Origin: Tubiluchus corallicola
Lineage: Eukaryota; Animalia; Priapulida
Length of the DNA: 64,000 nucleotides
NCBI GenBank assembly: GCA_030141605.1
Contig: JAQGDQ010000416.1
Span: 124,001 to 188,000, forward strand
Direction of reading: 5' to 3'
Position 1 is the first letter of the stretch; each line of letters starts with the position of its first letter. The position numbers and the translations under genes were made by a program. Shown one piece after another: positions 46,501 through 58,391 of this stretch. Under the pieces are notes generated by a model. The model had not been told where the DNA came from, did not search any database, and saw only the letters and a list, made by a program, of their open reading frames with translations.

Positions 46501-49500
46501 GTATCACGTGAAAGATATCGTGTAAGTCTATCAATGCTGCCATCAACTATAAATAAATACATATCCACTCGCACCACCTGAATTAAATTATTGAAATGCT
46601 TGATTTACCCTCCACAATGATCAACTTGGGCCCTGTTTCAAAATGAAAAGATATACTTAGCTGCAGACTGCATCATATGCCATGTATATAATTTAGCAGA
46701 TGGCAGGTGCACAAGAGAACAGGTCTGGAGGTAAGTTCTGTTTGGGAGTAATTTAGCATCATGTGTTCTAATGATATGCTACAACTTAATTAAGGTGTTT
46801 ATTTTCATTCCCTGTAAAGTTACATGAATTTAAACACCATTCTAATTTAATACGCAAATACTAAAACAGTACATTGAATAAACCACTCAAAGTCTGACTA
46901 CTAAGTTCAAAAATGACATAATTATAGTGCAGCATACACTAACACGTGACTATAAATCAGTCAACAATAAGAATATAAATGTATGGCCAGATTGGTTACT
47001 AACCTGAAAAACTTTAATTTGTATAAGCAGCTAGGTGATTTGTTCTATTTTCTGCTCTTACTATAATATGAATAGACGACTTGGATATCAGCAAAAAAAG
47101 TACTTCAATTAGCACATCCAACAATTACTACAAGTAAAACTAGAGCAGTTTATTCTTCGGAATCGTTCTTCTCATCAGTGATGGCATATAAGTAATAATC
47201 ATTTCCATCCTGCTAAGATGTAGCTCTAACTTAAAACACTTACAAGTTGAGAAAAAGAAAAAAATGAACCAGAGATTTTATTTTAGAGTACAGGACTCTG
47301 GCACATTTTGCAAAAGAAGTGAACCATTAGTCAGTAGTGTGACAACATTCTAATTCTAATTACATACCTGTGCTAGAAGTCTTTCCTGTAGCTCTTGATC
47401 TGGCAAACTAGCTTGACCCTGTTTCATTGGTGTCTCAGAAGTTAAATTAATAGTAAAATCTAAAGTGTCCTATAAGAACAAAAACATGTCTAAGCATTTT
47501 CTGAAGCACAACAGTACACATGCTTCTTTCAACTCTGTTGTATAATGTAATTCAACCGAAAAGTGATCAAAATAAAAGACTTAACAAATAATATATACTA
47601 CAACACAGAATTGAACAAAATTAAATTGTTTTACATACAATGATGATAAAAGGATGGCAGTAGTACTAAGCATCATCACTCTCTAATTCTCTGGAAAAGT
47701 TCCAAACATAATAACTACTCTTAACAAATATACAAGATGGTATTAACATGTATAATTAATCCAAAAAATATCAACACAACAAAAACCACAGACAGATTCA
47801 TGGTAAAGTTTTATTCTTTCTTACAAAAAACAAATAACTTTACCACCCATGAATCTGTCTACAATATTTGTTGTGTTGACACTTTCAATAACGAATGCCA
47901 AATCGTTTATAATCCCAAAAAAGTTTCTAAACCTTGATTATAATAACACAATCTTACAAAGTCAAACCAAAACCACCTTTATCATTTTTATAATAGCCTG
48001 CACTTTAGCTGTTCGTAACAGTCTTCTCGTCAAATATCCCTTTGCTGCTGCTGACAGTTTATCAAACTTCTTTGCCAAGGATTTCCACTGCAAAAATCAA
48101 TCAAATCTAAATAATATGAAAAATGTTTTGGTACATGAACAGCTGTGATATATCTGGTAATTTGCGATGGCTGTGTGTAAAAGTTTAAAGTACTAACCAA
48201 AAGTGTTGTAAAAAGCAGCAACGGCCATGCACAGGGCACTTTATTTATGACTTTTCTTGCAAAATAGTCATAAATAGTCATAAATAAGATTTCAAATTTG
48301 TCATAAATAACGAAAGAAAAATAATCATTTCCCGATGAATGGAACAAAAAATTCAGTACAGAAAACTGTTTCCACCGTCTCTCTCTCTCTCTCTCTCCCA
48401 CACACACAGGCAGTCCATAAGAAGCTTGCGCGTGACTGTTTGGTGGACTAACACAGTAACTGAGACTGTCTAACTGATGCGTTTATCTGTCATTAACTCG
48501 TCTAGAAGCAACCTAAATAATAAAAAGTAAATGAGCGCGTTACCGCGAAAAAATAAATAGGCACCGACAGAATCGTTGTCGTTCCATCGAAAATTTGAAT
48601 TAAAGACAGCTTACCTATTTTAATGTCCTAAAGTTCTGCCGCCTCAAACCTACGCTCTGCACAATAACAGAAATCTACACTTCTAATTCTTTTCTTTGCA
48701 CGTTCATTTCAGTGCCTTTCTCATCCTAGCGGCGTTAGGGGTGAGCATTCTCTACCAGAAAGCGAATTCGAATCGAACCGAATTTGTGACTTTCGAATTC
48801 GAATCGAACCGAACTTCGATGCTTACCCCTAAGCGGCGTAAGTCAATGGCTTGGGTGTAGGTTTTAGCTCGAGTTTGCCGCAAGCGTTTCCCGTGCCTTA
48901 CTGCCTCATCCTCAAGAAATAAGAATAATGCCGTCTGCTAGAATTTGAGCATATTTTATCTTTGGGAGAATTTGTTGCTTCATTGTCATTAAAATTTAAC
49001 TGTTTTTCTTGTTTAGTTATTTTGCTTAATGTAATTTTAATTAGAAAACATACGTGACGGTTCCCTAGAAAGATGTAATAGCCAATAGTATTTTCCAACA
49101 TTAAATTTAAAATCGATATTTAAAAAAATACATTATTTACTTGTACTAATTGTGGCTACGAATTGTGACTGTACGAATTAATTAATAGATTGATTTTTAT
49201 GAGCAGTAATTTTATAGGTCATCCTAAACAAATTAAAACCGATACTATAATTATTATAAACACGATCACGGATTTCAGTCTGGAGGGATGCCTGCATGCA
49301 AAACAATACGAGAAACTTCAGGCCTTGGAATGATGAAAGTAGACATTTTTATTACATTTTAATGTAATGAAGAACGAAGAAAGGCAAAATACAAGATTCT
49401 GATTAAAAATATGTATTTCTTTTAGCTCAGGATGGCATTTTTGGTCAAAATTTGACACGTCATAAATAGTCATAAATAAAATCTGAAATTAGTATTAAAT

Positions 49501-52500
49501 AAGCTATTTATGCAATTTATGACTAAAGTCATAAATAAAGTGCCCTGGCCATGCACTACTAATGAATGGAAATTTAGCATTACAAATTTAATTTATGAAA
49601 AGCATGCTTTAGAGTAACTTACCTGATGAGATTTTTTCAAAAAGTTGTTGTCAAGAGCAACGGAATGAATGCTTGCAGATGAAGTTTGCTTTGCTACTGA
49701 ACTACGGCTGCTTGAGTGTCGCTCTTTTCTCTGAGCAGACTCCATTAAAAAATTTTCCTGTTGCTGAATTTCCTTTTGTAATCTTTCTTGCTCCTGCTGT
49801 TGTCTTTGCAAAAGCAGTGACAGCTGACTTTGTTGCTGCTCCATAAGCTGCTTCCTGAGCTGTTCGAAATGCTTTGCCTGTTTTTCTAGAAGTACTAATG
49901 GTAAATTTTCATAGCTTGCAGTACCAGTAAATGATTCATCAGGTGTTGAACCAAAAACAAAAACATCCCGAGATGGAGATGCAACACTTAAGGCCTGCTG
50001 TGTACTTGCTTTTTTATGTTTCTCAGATTTACTGTTTTCAGCGACACTCTTCCAAGTGACAAAATTGTCATTTTGACCAAGCTTTGACTGCATGGGCATT
50101 TGCGAATACACGGGTAAACCAGGGAATGCAGTGAGCGAATTATTATTGAAATTATCATTTGCAGACACTTCATTAAGAAATCTTTTTAAATGGTCCTGTT
50201 TGCCTTTCTCTTCTGCATAGTCATTACAGAACAATGACTTCAAAGGACTCTGTTGTTTGCTTTTTGATAAAGACGGTGATCTTACATCGATTTGTTTGGT
50301 TGCATGGTTTTTATCATTATTTCGACGATGAGCCTCTAACAAGCCAGGCGAAGGACTGTCCAAAGTGTAAGAACCCAGTCGTGGTCGTCTTTCAACAGAA
50401 TGCAGTTGATCATGATTATCACTAGACACATCACTTTTGTTACCCAGTGCTGACTTTACAGAAAAAATAACTTCCGCTTTTTTCACTGAACTTTGATCGT
50501 TATAATTGGATGCCTGTACCTCTTCAGCATTTGCAACATGTTGTGTTACAGTAGGTGTACTTGTAACAGTGTCAAAAGAACTGTTGACATACTGGCGTAG
50601 ATCAGTACTGGAGCTTCGCATTAAGGTTGAGGGTGTTTCAAGAGAATTTTGGGGTTCATCCGATAGCAACTGTTGTGGATGATGCTGCATAGCTGAACAC
50701 GGTAAAGATGAATTTGCATCCGAATCAATATACTTCACATCTTCACTGGTGTTTGCATTCAAGGCATCCTCACTTTTGTGACCCATGTCAAACTCAGACT
50801 TGCCAACACTATTTGCTGATATAAATGAGTTAAGATAGTTGTCACATCTATTGTTGGCCTCACACTTGTTGTCAGGAGGCTCTGGTGTTGGAAAAGGTAA
50901 AGTAGGGGCATTGTTGCTGGGCTCACTCATGTCAAGTTTAATGCTATTTAGCTTTTCTCTACTTGGTGTATCACTAGGTAATGGGAAATGCATATCAATA
51001 TACTCCACAGATGTCACCACACGTTCACTCTTATCAATTGGATAAGTATCTAAAGCTTTAGTATCACTAGGTAATGGGAAATGCTTATCAACATACTCCA
51101 CAGATGTCACCACACGTTCACTCTTATCAATTGGAAAAGTATCTAAAGCTTTAGTATCACTAGGTAATGGGAAATGCTTATCAATATACTCCAAAGATGT
51201 CACCACACGTTTACTCTTATCAACTGGAAAAGTATCTAAAGCTTTAGTAAGAGAATAAGTAAGTGAAAAACTTGTCTCAGTGAAACAGTGGTCACTGTTA
51301 GTAGCATGATTATTTTGACACGAGTCATCATCATATTGACGCAATTCTAACCCAGTTTCGTTTGGAGATTGTTGTATTTTCTCGTGTGAAAGTACTTCAG
51401 CATTAGCAACATCTTTGATTGTACTGACTGAAGATGCCGAAAGGGACGTCCGACTAAAGTTAACGTCATGGTTACTAGCTTCACACAAATCGCTTTTTGA
51501 TTGCGTATCACTCCTAGGAGAATTAGTTGGTGTTTTTCTTTCCTGAAACAATTTATTTTTGAAATGTGAACATCTATTTAACAATCTTACCAAAGTCAGT
51601 CAAATGTCTTGTGTGAGACTCATAGCTCACGTGTTCTGGCCTTCAGCATGTAATAACTGAATGACTGCTGTTAATATAGGAGTGCAGTTAGTTAAATTGC
51701 ACCGGTGGCTGTTTATATGAGAATACAAATGATTACAATTTCTTAACTGCCACTGAATCTTAATAATCTGGTAACCAGGTATCCAACAAGTATAAGGAAA
51801 AGGCTACCCGAATCTGATTTTTGCTACACGTGTAAACATTAATCCTTTGAGATTTCAAAAGACAAAACTGAATGAACTTTTTCACAAAAACAAACAGGAG
51901 CAGGCCACCAGCACTACATAAAAATGCCAGTAAAATAATATACGTAAATGATAATAATAATAATGTGGCCACAAATTTCTATGAAATGAAAATACTTTAA
52001 GCTTTAACTGATCATCAAAATTAAGCTCTATAGTAACTACAGTAACTGACAATTGACAGGCATGCAAAATAAATCAGGGACATAAAATTTTCTGCTTTTC
52101 TCTTAACATAAAGGCAGTGCTCTAACACAGTTAGTAAACAACAAAATACGAACTGAATTCTACCCAGTATTTAACATTTTACTTGGGAATATTAAACTTA
52201 TATCAAAAATTAAAACTGAATTAAACTCAGCAATTGCAATACATGGATACAATTAGAAAGTAATGAATGCTGCAGCTGCTATATTTCGAGTGGCACTTTT
52301 ACTTTATAGAAAATACCTCAATTCTGTTTAATACAGCTTGAACTTTTGCGATAAGAGCCCTAGATCGCCTTGCATTTTTTCTTGCTTCTATAACGCACGC
52401 TTGCTGTCTGTACGAATAAATGTCCTGTCGTTTACTGGCTGTTATCTGAAAAGACACAAGTAACTTGCAAATCATCGATGCACCATGTCATGGCAGCCCT

Positions 52501-53513
52501 AAAGTTGCTACTGCACATACACTCAAGAATGCAAAACAACATTCTTCTAATACTCAATAAAATATAAATGTGGAAGTTAAAAGCTACAAAAATTTTGAGT
52601 TCTTGAAACAAAATCTTAAAATTAAGTATATTTTTGATACAGATAATCTTAAAAATAACCAATTAAGTGTTATTCCAAGCTCTAAAGTAATTGTAAGAAA
52701 ATAATCTAAATGGTCATTAACTATTATAGCACTTAGAAAACTAGAAATTCGAAAAAAAACTGGTTTGGTTGCAAACATTGATTTAAGGGTAGTCTTTATC
52801 ACATGAGGCTATAAAGTCCAATAAGACATGACATTCAGCTTGTAATCCAGAGGTCTGTGGTTCAAATCAAGGCCCAGTCATACTTTTCACATAAATTCTA
52901 CCTTTTGCTGGTTTAGAAAAATTTGTATATTTTAGGCCTGAAATTAATAGTAAAAACAAATTAGAGAATAATGAATGATAAGCGCACAGAACGCGGATTG
53001 CCGAACTTTCAAGTGAGTGAAAAAAACAAGATTTTCTTAATGGAAGATGTCATTAAGTTTTGATTTTTCTTTCAGGAACAGTGTATTTTGGAATCAGATT
53101 ATCAGATATCCCTAAGGATCACTTTTATGCAAATTAATGGGTACATATGTGTTGTGTTTTTTCTAGAAATTTATGCATTTTTTAATTTACAAATGAACCA
53201 ACTGTTCTTTTTATGGCATTACATTGAATTAACAAGGACCTTACAGAAACAGCTAGTCCACATCTATTCTTAATTTCATGCTATAAACTTATAAAAATAT
53301 TGTTATTATAAAAAATTAAAATAGTAACAGGTCACTAAAAGATTAACATTTTACCACTGGAGGAGGCAGTGTTACACTGTTCAGTTTCAAGACTGATGTA
53401 AAACGGCTTGGTTTTGTGGAGGGCTCATCTTCGTTTGCTTCCAGTAGCTCCAGCTTAGCAACTTCGTCTTCTAATTCGTGTATTAGGTTCTCTATACGTT
53501 GCAAATTTATCAT
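43567..53513 (-). CDS. CCP110: Centriolar coiled-coil protein of 110 kDa (CP110), 9 coding exons, ~964 aa
   Basis: Exons 53355-53513, 52317-52445, 49623-51542, 47977-48087, 47368-47469, 46430-46546, 45876-45967, 45101-45249, 43567-43682; 2895 nt in frame. N-terminal KRQDIYSYRQQACVIEARK...ALIAKVQAVL and C-terminal AAAKGYLTRRLLRT...DTLDF...LQERLLAQLMAALIDLHDIF...ERMAIISHDR...LSSATVKYLDRKK match the CP110 conserved blocks as I recall them. Candidate 5'UTR donor at 55458. Confidence 0.9.
44830..45025 (+). mobile_element. Penelope-like repeat with hammerhead-like motif at 44939-44978
   Basis: tttcag-CTGATGA-g-ACT-gcctag-GGT-GAAA-gttt-ttgaaa: core present, 6-bp stem I, weak stem II, stem III imperfect. 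Homologous to 31290-31481. Confidence 0.6.
48232..49547. mobile_element. 1.3-kb non-autonomous hAT-type element in CCP110 intron 3
   Basis: Perfect 23-bp TIRs cagggcactttatttatgacttt / aaagtcataaataaagtgccctg, perfect 8-bp TSD GCCATGCA (48224-48231, 49548-49555), and subterminal gtcataaata repeats. Confidence 0.93.
48736..48831. mobile_element. 96-bp hAT-type MITE nested in the 48232-49547 element
   Basis: TIRs taggggtgagca / tgcttaccccta, with a perfect TSD AGCGGCGT (48728-48735, 48832-48839). Confidence 0.92.
50968..51248 (-). repeat. Coding tandem repeat, 3 x 93 bp (31 aa), in CP110 exon 3
   Basis: gtatcactagg recurs at 50968, 51061 and 51154. Peptide TKALDT(F/Y)P(V/I)DKS(K/E)RVVTS(L/V)EY(I/V)D(K/M)HFPLPSD x3. 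Confidence 0.97.
52820..52885 (+). repeat. tRNA-derived SINE relic (possible)
   Basis: cttgtaatccagaggtctgtGGTTCAAATC resembles the anticodon-to-T-arm half of a tRNA with a B box. The 5' half is missing. Confidence 0.4.
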
Positions 53514-53929
53514 CTGGAAAATGATAAATAAAATTTAAATTACAGAAAACTCTGCACAAACATATTCAGAGACTGCCCTCATTCTATTAATACAGAGAGC
53601 ATTTGTACGTAACTATTAAGGATTGGATGCTAGACATATTACTTTACCTATCTGGAGAACGCATTGTGCTGTTCACACACCTGTATATAACTAACTATTT
53701 GTGTAAGGTATCTGTTCTTCCATAATGAAGAAAAGCAAAACAATTGACCATGTCTTGAAAAACCATTCTGACCAAATCTAAAGGTCATAGTTTTCTAACA
53801 TAGTTTTCACAATTTGAGCAACATATATTTAGTGGTGGTTAAACTGTGTAGCTTCAAGGTGGCAAGTGGAGCTCCAGCTAAGGAAGCCAGCACTAATGTA
53901 CCCAGCACCAACCAAGGTACATCATAACA

Positions 53930-54135
53930 AAACTATGTACAGTCTAGCTAGCCAGCACGGAAGCATGCCGCACTGAGGTGACTAGCGGCAAGGTAGCCGT
54001 CTCGATGAAGACTGTACATAGCTAGCTGATACGGAAAAGTATGTTGCCGATATACATAGTGTGCTGAGGGAGACAACGCAGTTACCAATGTACGTGACGA
54101 ACTGCCGACATGCCTAGAGTGCTGAGGTAGACTAC
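53930..54135. repeat. Degenerate tandem repeat (3 units bounded by tgtac...ctgagg)
   Basis: tgtacagtctagctagcc...gcactgagg; tgtacatagctagctg...gtgctgagg; tgtacgtg...gtgctgagg. Confidence 0.45.
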
Positions 54136-55709
54136 ACCATTATTAGTGTACATAACGAAATATGTGGTGCCGTGGTACAAGGCCCCACGGCACATGGCAA
54201 GGCAATAAACAGCAAAGTGATACACAGTGTAGTGGCGAACAGGGACATAAAACAGTTAAATCTACATAGAATGTCCACAGAGTATGTATATTCAGTAAAA
54301 AATTGACGTGTCAGTAAGCAAATGGAATAATTTGCTTCTCGGGTTATTGTCACATCGACCCTAGTAAAGTTTAAATCTTTAAGTGACGATTATCTTGCGG
54401 AAAAATATGGCGTTTCTGTGAGTGTACTCGCTTAAAGACTAATCATGACAGTATAACACTAAAAATAGTAGTTAGTACCACTGTCACACGGTGACAGTCA
54501 AATGCACTGCTTCTCTGACCTTTACGTTAAAACACCATTACCTTGAATTACACCAGTTGTTATTAAGCTACTATGCCTTATACAGTAGGTACTGAAGTTA
54601 TTTACATGATACACAAATATCACTATTACTAAATGAAAATTTAAAAAATCCTCATCTATAGCGCGCTAAGCAAGAATGCAAGAGAGAATTGCGGGAAATC
54701 TTCAAAAATTTCGCAAATTGTAGAATCAACTTAATGGTTTCCTGTCATGTGGTCTCAAACCTGGTTTCGTGGGAAGGAGTTTCTGACGATGATGGAATAA
54801 ATCGAATAGATTTTATTTCAGAATATTGATATGGGTAAAGAACTAATCAGTGATATGTTCTTTAGTGATCAGTGAAAAGACATTCTAAAGTTTATGTGCA
54901 TTAAAGGAAAACCGGATGATTGTGTAAACATGAGTTTAGAGTGAAGAATGCTCTAAAATATTGAAAACTACAAAAGCTTTTAAATCAAAGCTTAGTTAAA
55001 TAATAATTACCACGGATACTCAAATTTGGTTAAACTTTCAAAGTTACGCGCGGCGCAGTGAATCTACTAAGAAGGCAGCTGTGCCTTTTTGTCACATTCG
55101 CATGGCTGACAAATAGAAGGCGGTACCGTGTTAAGCATGATCATGAACTACGTCATATGATGTAAAGCCCATTTTTCGTGACATCATGGTTTAAACAGTA
55201 CTGTAACACTTATTCAAATGTGCTTGATGTGCAAGGGAAGATGCTTGCCATTGCACAAACTGTGGTTTGTTTCTGACGTAAACAATAGCTGTGTTCGTTT
55301 GCCCGTTAATTAACTTTCTAAGCTAATTATTCAAATATAAGGAACAATTGTTAACTTTTATAGGCAAGAAAATGTATATTTTGGACAGTAAACAATCGTC
55401 CGGTCTTCCTTTGAGAATGTTTTCTTTTTCAGCCAAGTAGCAGTTTTTGACGGCTCACCTTGATACAAAAAGGTTTGAGGCCTTGAACTGAACTCAAGTC
55501 CTAAGTCAACTCAACTTAAGTTAACGAGAAGTCTTGGTAAAGTGAGAAGTGATATTTCGCAAACACCAAAGCTACGATCACGAAGCTCACAGAACACACT
55601 TAACAGCTAGGGATATTTATATGTAACATGTCACCTCATGAAAGGCCACGTTGTAGGTGAAGCTTCGTGTAATTTCATTAGGATATATCTCCCCGGTCCA
55701 TTTTTGAGC

Positions 55710-57520
55710 AGCACTCTGTTAGAATCCAGGTCCCGATCAATTTTCGCTGAGCGATCACCTATTTGATATAAGTGCCTGGTGCAATGTGATGATCCTCTCT
55801 GTTCTCACAATTGCTCGTCAATACTCGTTGGCCATCTGCGTTTCTATGTCCAGTACATTTGTGTATTGAATTCTGTGAAAATACAAATATTTAATAATTG
55901 AGATAATGCTGTAACAGTAAAAGTGCTGAACATGACTTTGTTCTGTCAAAACGTTAGTTCATTTGGCTGGATCAATAAATTCTTGGCTTAAATGATATTT
56001 TTCAGTAGTTTTTATATTATTATACCAAATCAGAATTTTCTTTCGGAAACATTTGTTGGCCCCTATTAGGACCCAGCCCTGAAAAGGCCTGGTTTGGTGA
56101 AATGCAAGCGTATCCGTTTATTTGGCGGGAAACCAGTCTGCCATATGAAGCAAAGTACATTTCATTGCTTCTCATTTGTCGTGCTGCTCCACATAGACTT
56201 GTCCAGATGCATTGGGAGTGTGGTGGATGCACATCCATGCATAGCCTGCAATTTTCCCACATGCATTCGATGTTGTTTATGTGGGTGCCAGTCCTCAGTC
56301 CAGGGGGCGGAACTAGGGGGAACGAGGGGGCGCCCCCCTCCCTTGTCAAAATTTGCGCGCCTCCCTGCAAAATCGGACAAATAATTTTTTTTGCAGTGAA
56401 AATTGCATTTCGCATGTAATCATTTTCAATATGAATTAGAATTGGGTAAAAAAATGTTTGGTAGCTTCAGTGTATTATTTTCTTAAAACTTGTGTATTAT
56501 TTTATCTTAAAATTTCTATAAATAACAATTTAGTTAGAGGCACATTAATAACGTTAGGTTAACTGAGAGTTAATTTTCTCATTATTGCTTTGTCCGCTAC
56601 GCCGTTCTACACACGCTAATTATAGGCCTGCATGCAGTATAAAAGGGGTTAAAATTGGCTTAACCATTATTTAACCATTTCGGATACCTCGCCCCCCCCT
56701 CCCCCCAGAAAATTTTTGCGCCCCCCCCCCCTGTTTGCCACATCTAGTTCCGCCCCTGGCTCAGTCAACAAAGTCAGGCCACTGTTTGTTTCAACAAAGA
56801 TCTAATTGTTTTACCACTCAACTGAGCAGCAAAATAAAAATAGTATAGCATCCAGTCAAAAGCTTACACATTTCCCGTTGCCTTTGTTAACCTAAAATTA
56901 CTTGCTATATAATTATTTTAACTAAACTTATTTGATATGTGTATGTTCTGTCCAACCCCTTGACTAACATTTAATATAAACAACCTGCTGTGCCAGACAA
57001 CACGCGAGACTAAAAAAATCATCAGGGAGCATAACATTGAAAATTAGGTATGAAAAGTTTAAAGATACATACATGAAACGTTATTAACATGACGGCTGTG
57101 GAAATTAAAATCTGACTGTGACATGCTTAGTTATTAATAGTAATGCCGATGATAATGAAGATTACTATAATTATTGTTATTATGAAAAATTACGTACTTT
57201 ATTTCAATAAAAAACATCATAAACACACTTCTTGAAGCACAAACACTTTACGCTGCTTGTAGCAGTTTATTTATTTATTCAGGTTAAAATACATCTTATA
57301 CGATTGTATGCATCAAAAATTTGGGTCAAATATCAAAATTAATACTAAACTTATTGGACTTTTATATCCTGCTATTTTATTAACTTTTTCCACCACTGGT
57401 GAAACTCAGGTGCTGATCAACCATCGTATTGTAAGAGCAGCATGGTTCATCTTAATGCGCCTTCAAAATAGGCGATCGTTCGGCGAAAATCGACCGGGAC
57501 CTAGATTCTAACAGAGTGCC
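55710..57520 (-). mobile_element. Decayed Merlin (IS1595/ISXO2-like) DNA transposon
   Basis: ~55-bp TIRs (a/g)gcactctgttagaatc.aggtcccg.tc.attttcgc.ga.cgatc.cctattt at 55710 and inverted ending 57520. Perfect 8-bp TSD TTTTGAGC (55702-55709, 57521-57528). Minus-strand relic peptide FVD..TGTHINNIECMW/GKLQAMHGCASTTLPMHLDKSMW matches the IS1595/Merlin transposase C-terminal motif. Confidence 0.85.
56301..56758. mobile_element. hAT-type MITE inserted into the Merlin transposase relic
   Basis: TIRs cagg(g)ggcggaactag / ctagttccgcccctg, flanked by CCTCAGTC / GCTCAGTC (7/8 match). Confidence 0.88.
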
Positions 57521-57529
57521 TTTTGAGCT

Positions 57530-57975
57530 AGGGGCAAAATTTTTATTGTGTCTAGATGGGGTTGAGATCTTGTGCATGGCTGAATATGGCCATTTGCATC
57601 TAGGAAATTTTTTCATAGTGGGAAGAAAACGAAATTGGGGGAACACTATTGCTTCCAGTGTCAAGCAATGGTGGCTTGTAGTTCACCAAGTGCATTGTCT
57701 TGATGAGACAAATTGAATGTTATAAGTCAAGCACAGATTGTTTGACCCTTGGTCATGCTAGATGGCAAAACCGAAATTGAGGGTCAGGGATACCAATGCT
57801 TCTATTGTTGAGAAAAAGGGGCTTACAGCATTGTAGTACATCAAATAAAAAGCCTTGATGAGACAGATTGAATAGTATGAGTTACATTCTGATTGGTTGA
57901 CTCCTGATCCCACCATGGAAGTAAAAATCTAAATTGGGAAGGGGGGTCAAATCAGACACATGCTTCCAGTCATGT
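57530..57975. repeat. Degenerate ~150-bp tandem repeat, probably an old non-autonomous element
   Basis: cttgatgagaca.attgaat...gattg.ttgac.c.tg.tc at ~57699 and ~57854; aaattg...tgcttc(c/t)a occurs three times. Confidence 0.5.
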
Positions 57976-58391
57976 AAGATAGTCAAGCTACAAATTATAT
58001 CTTGATCTTTGCATTTTTGGATATTTTAAATACGTTTATATCTTTCATAATTGCTTTCAGTCAACACCACGTGACAACGAGAAACTTGTAACTAAGACCC
58101 AGTAAGAGATTGCTCATAGCAATGTATCATGGATGAAAGTAGTACACCTGCTCATCTATAACACCCGAACATAATCAGTAATATTATTAACTGGTGTGCA
58201 GCGAATGTCAACTGTTATGCTTGGAAATGTCTAAGTTTATGAAGAATTCCTGTCATCATACAAATTGTTTTTCTATAATTCTTATCTCGTGTTAATCCTA
58301 ATGTTGTCTTCTTTTGCTTTGGGATACACAGTTCTTCTAGATGGATTGGAAGTCTGGTACCTTGCTTTAGACCAGCATAAACTGAAGTGAA

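Noticed and set aside
47150-47185. Minus-strand CTGATGA...CGAAG hammerhead-like string
   Set aside because: GAAA is not intact, the stem II register is off and there is no stem I or III; at best a decayed relic.
48898-49101. Extra CP110 exon or transposase ORF
   Set aside because: Lies within the TSD-bounded hAT element, has no transposase motifs, and the CP110 frame is complete without it.
52820-52885. Functional tRNA gene
   Set aside because: Only a B-box/T-arm-like half, with no acceptor or D stems; recorded as a SINE relic.
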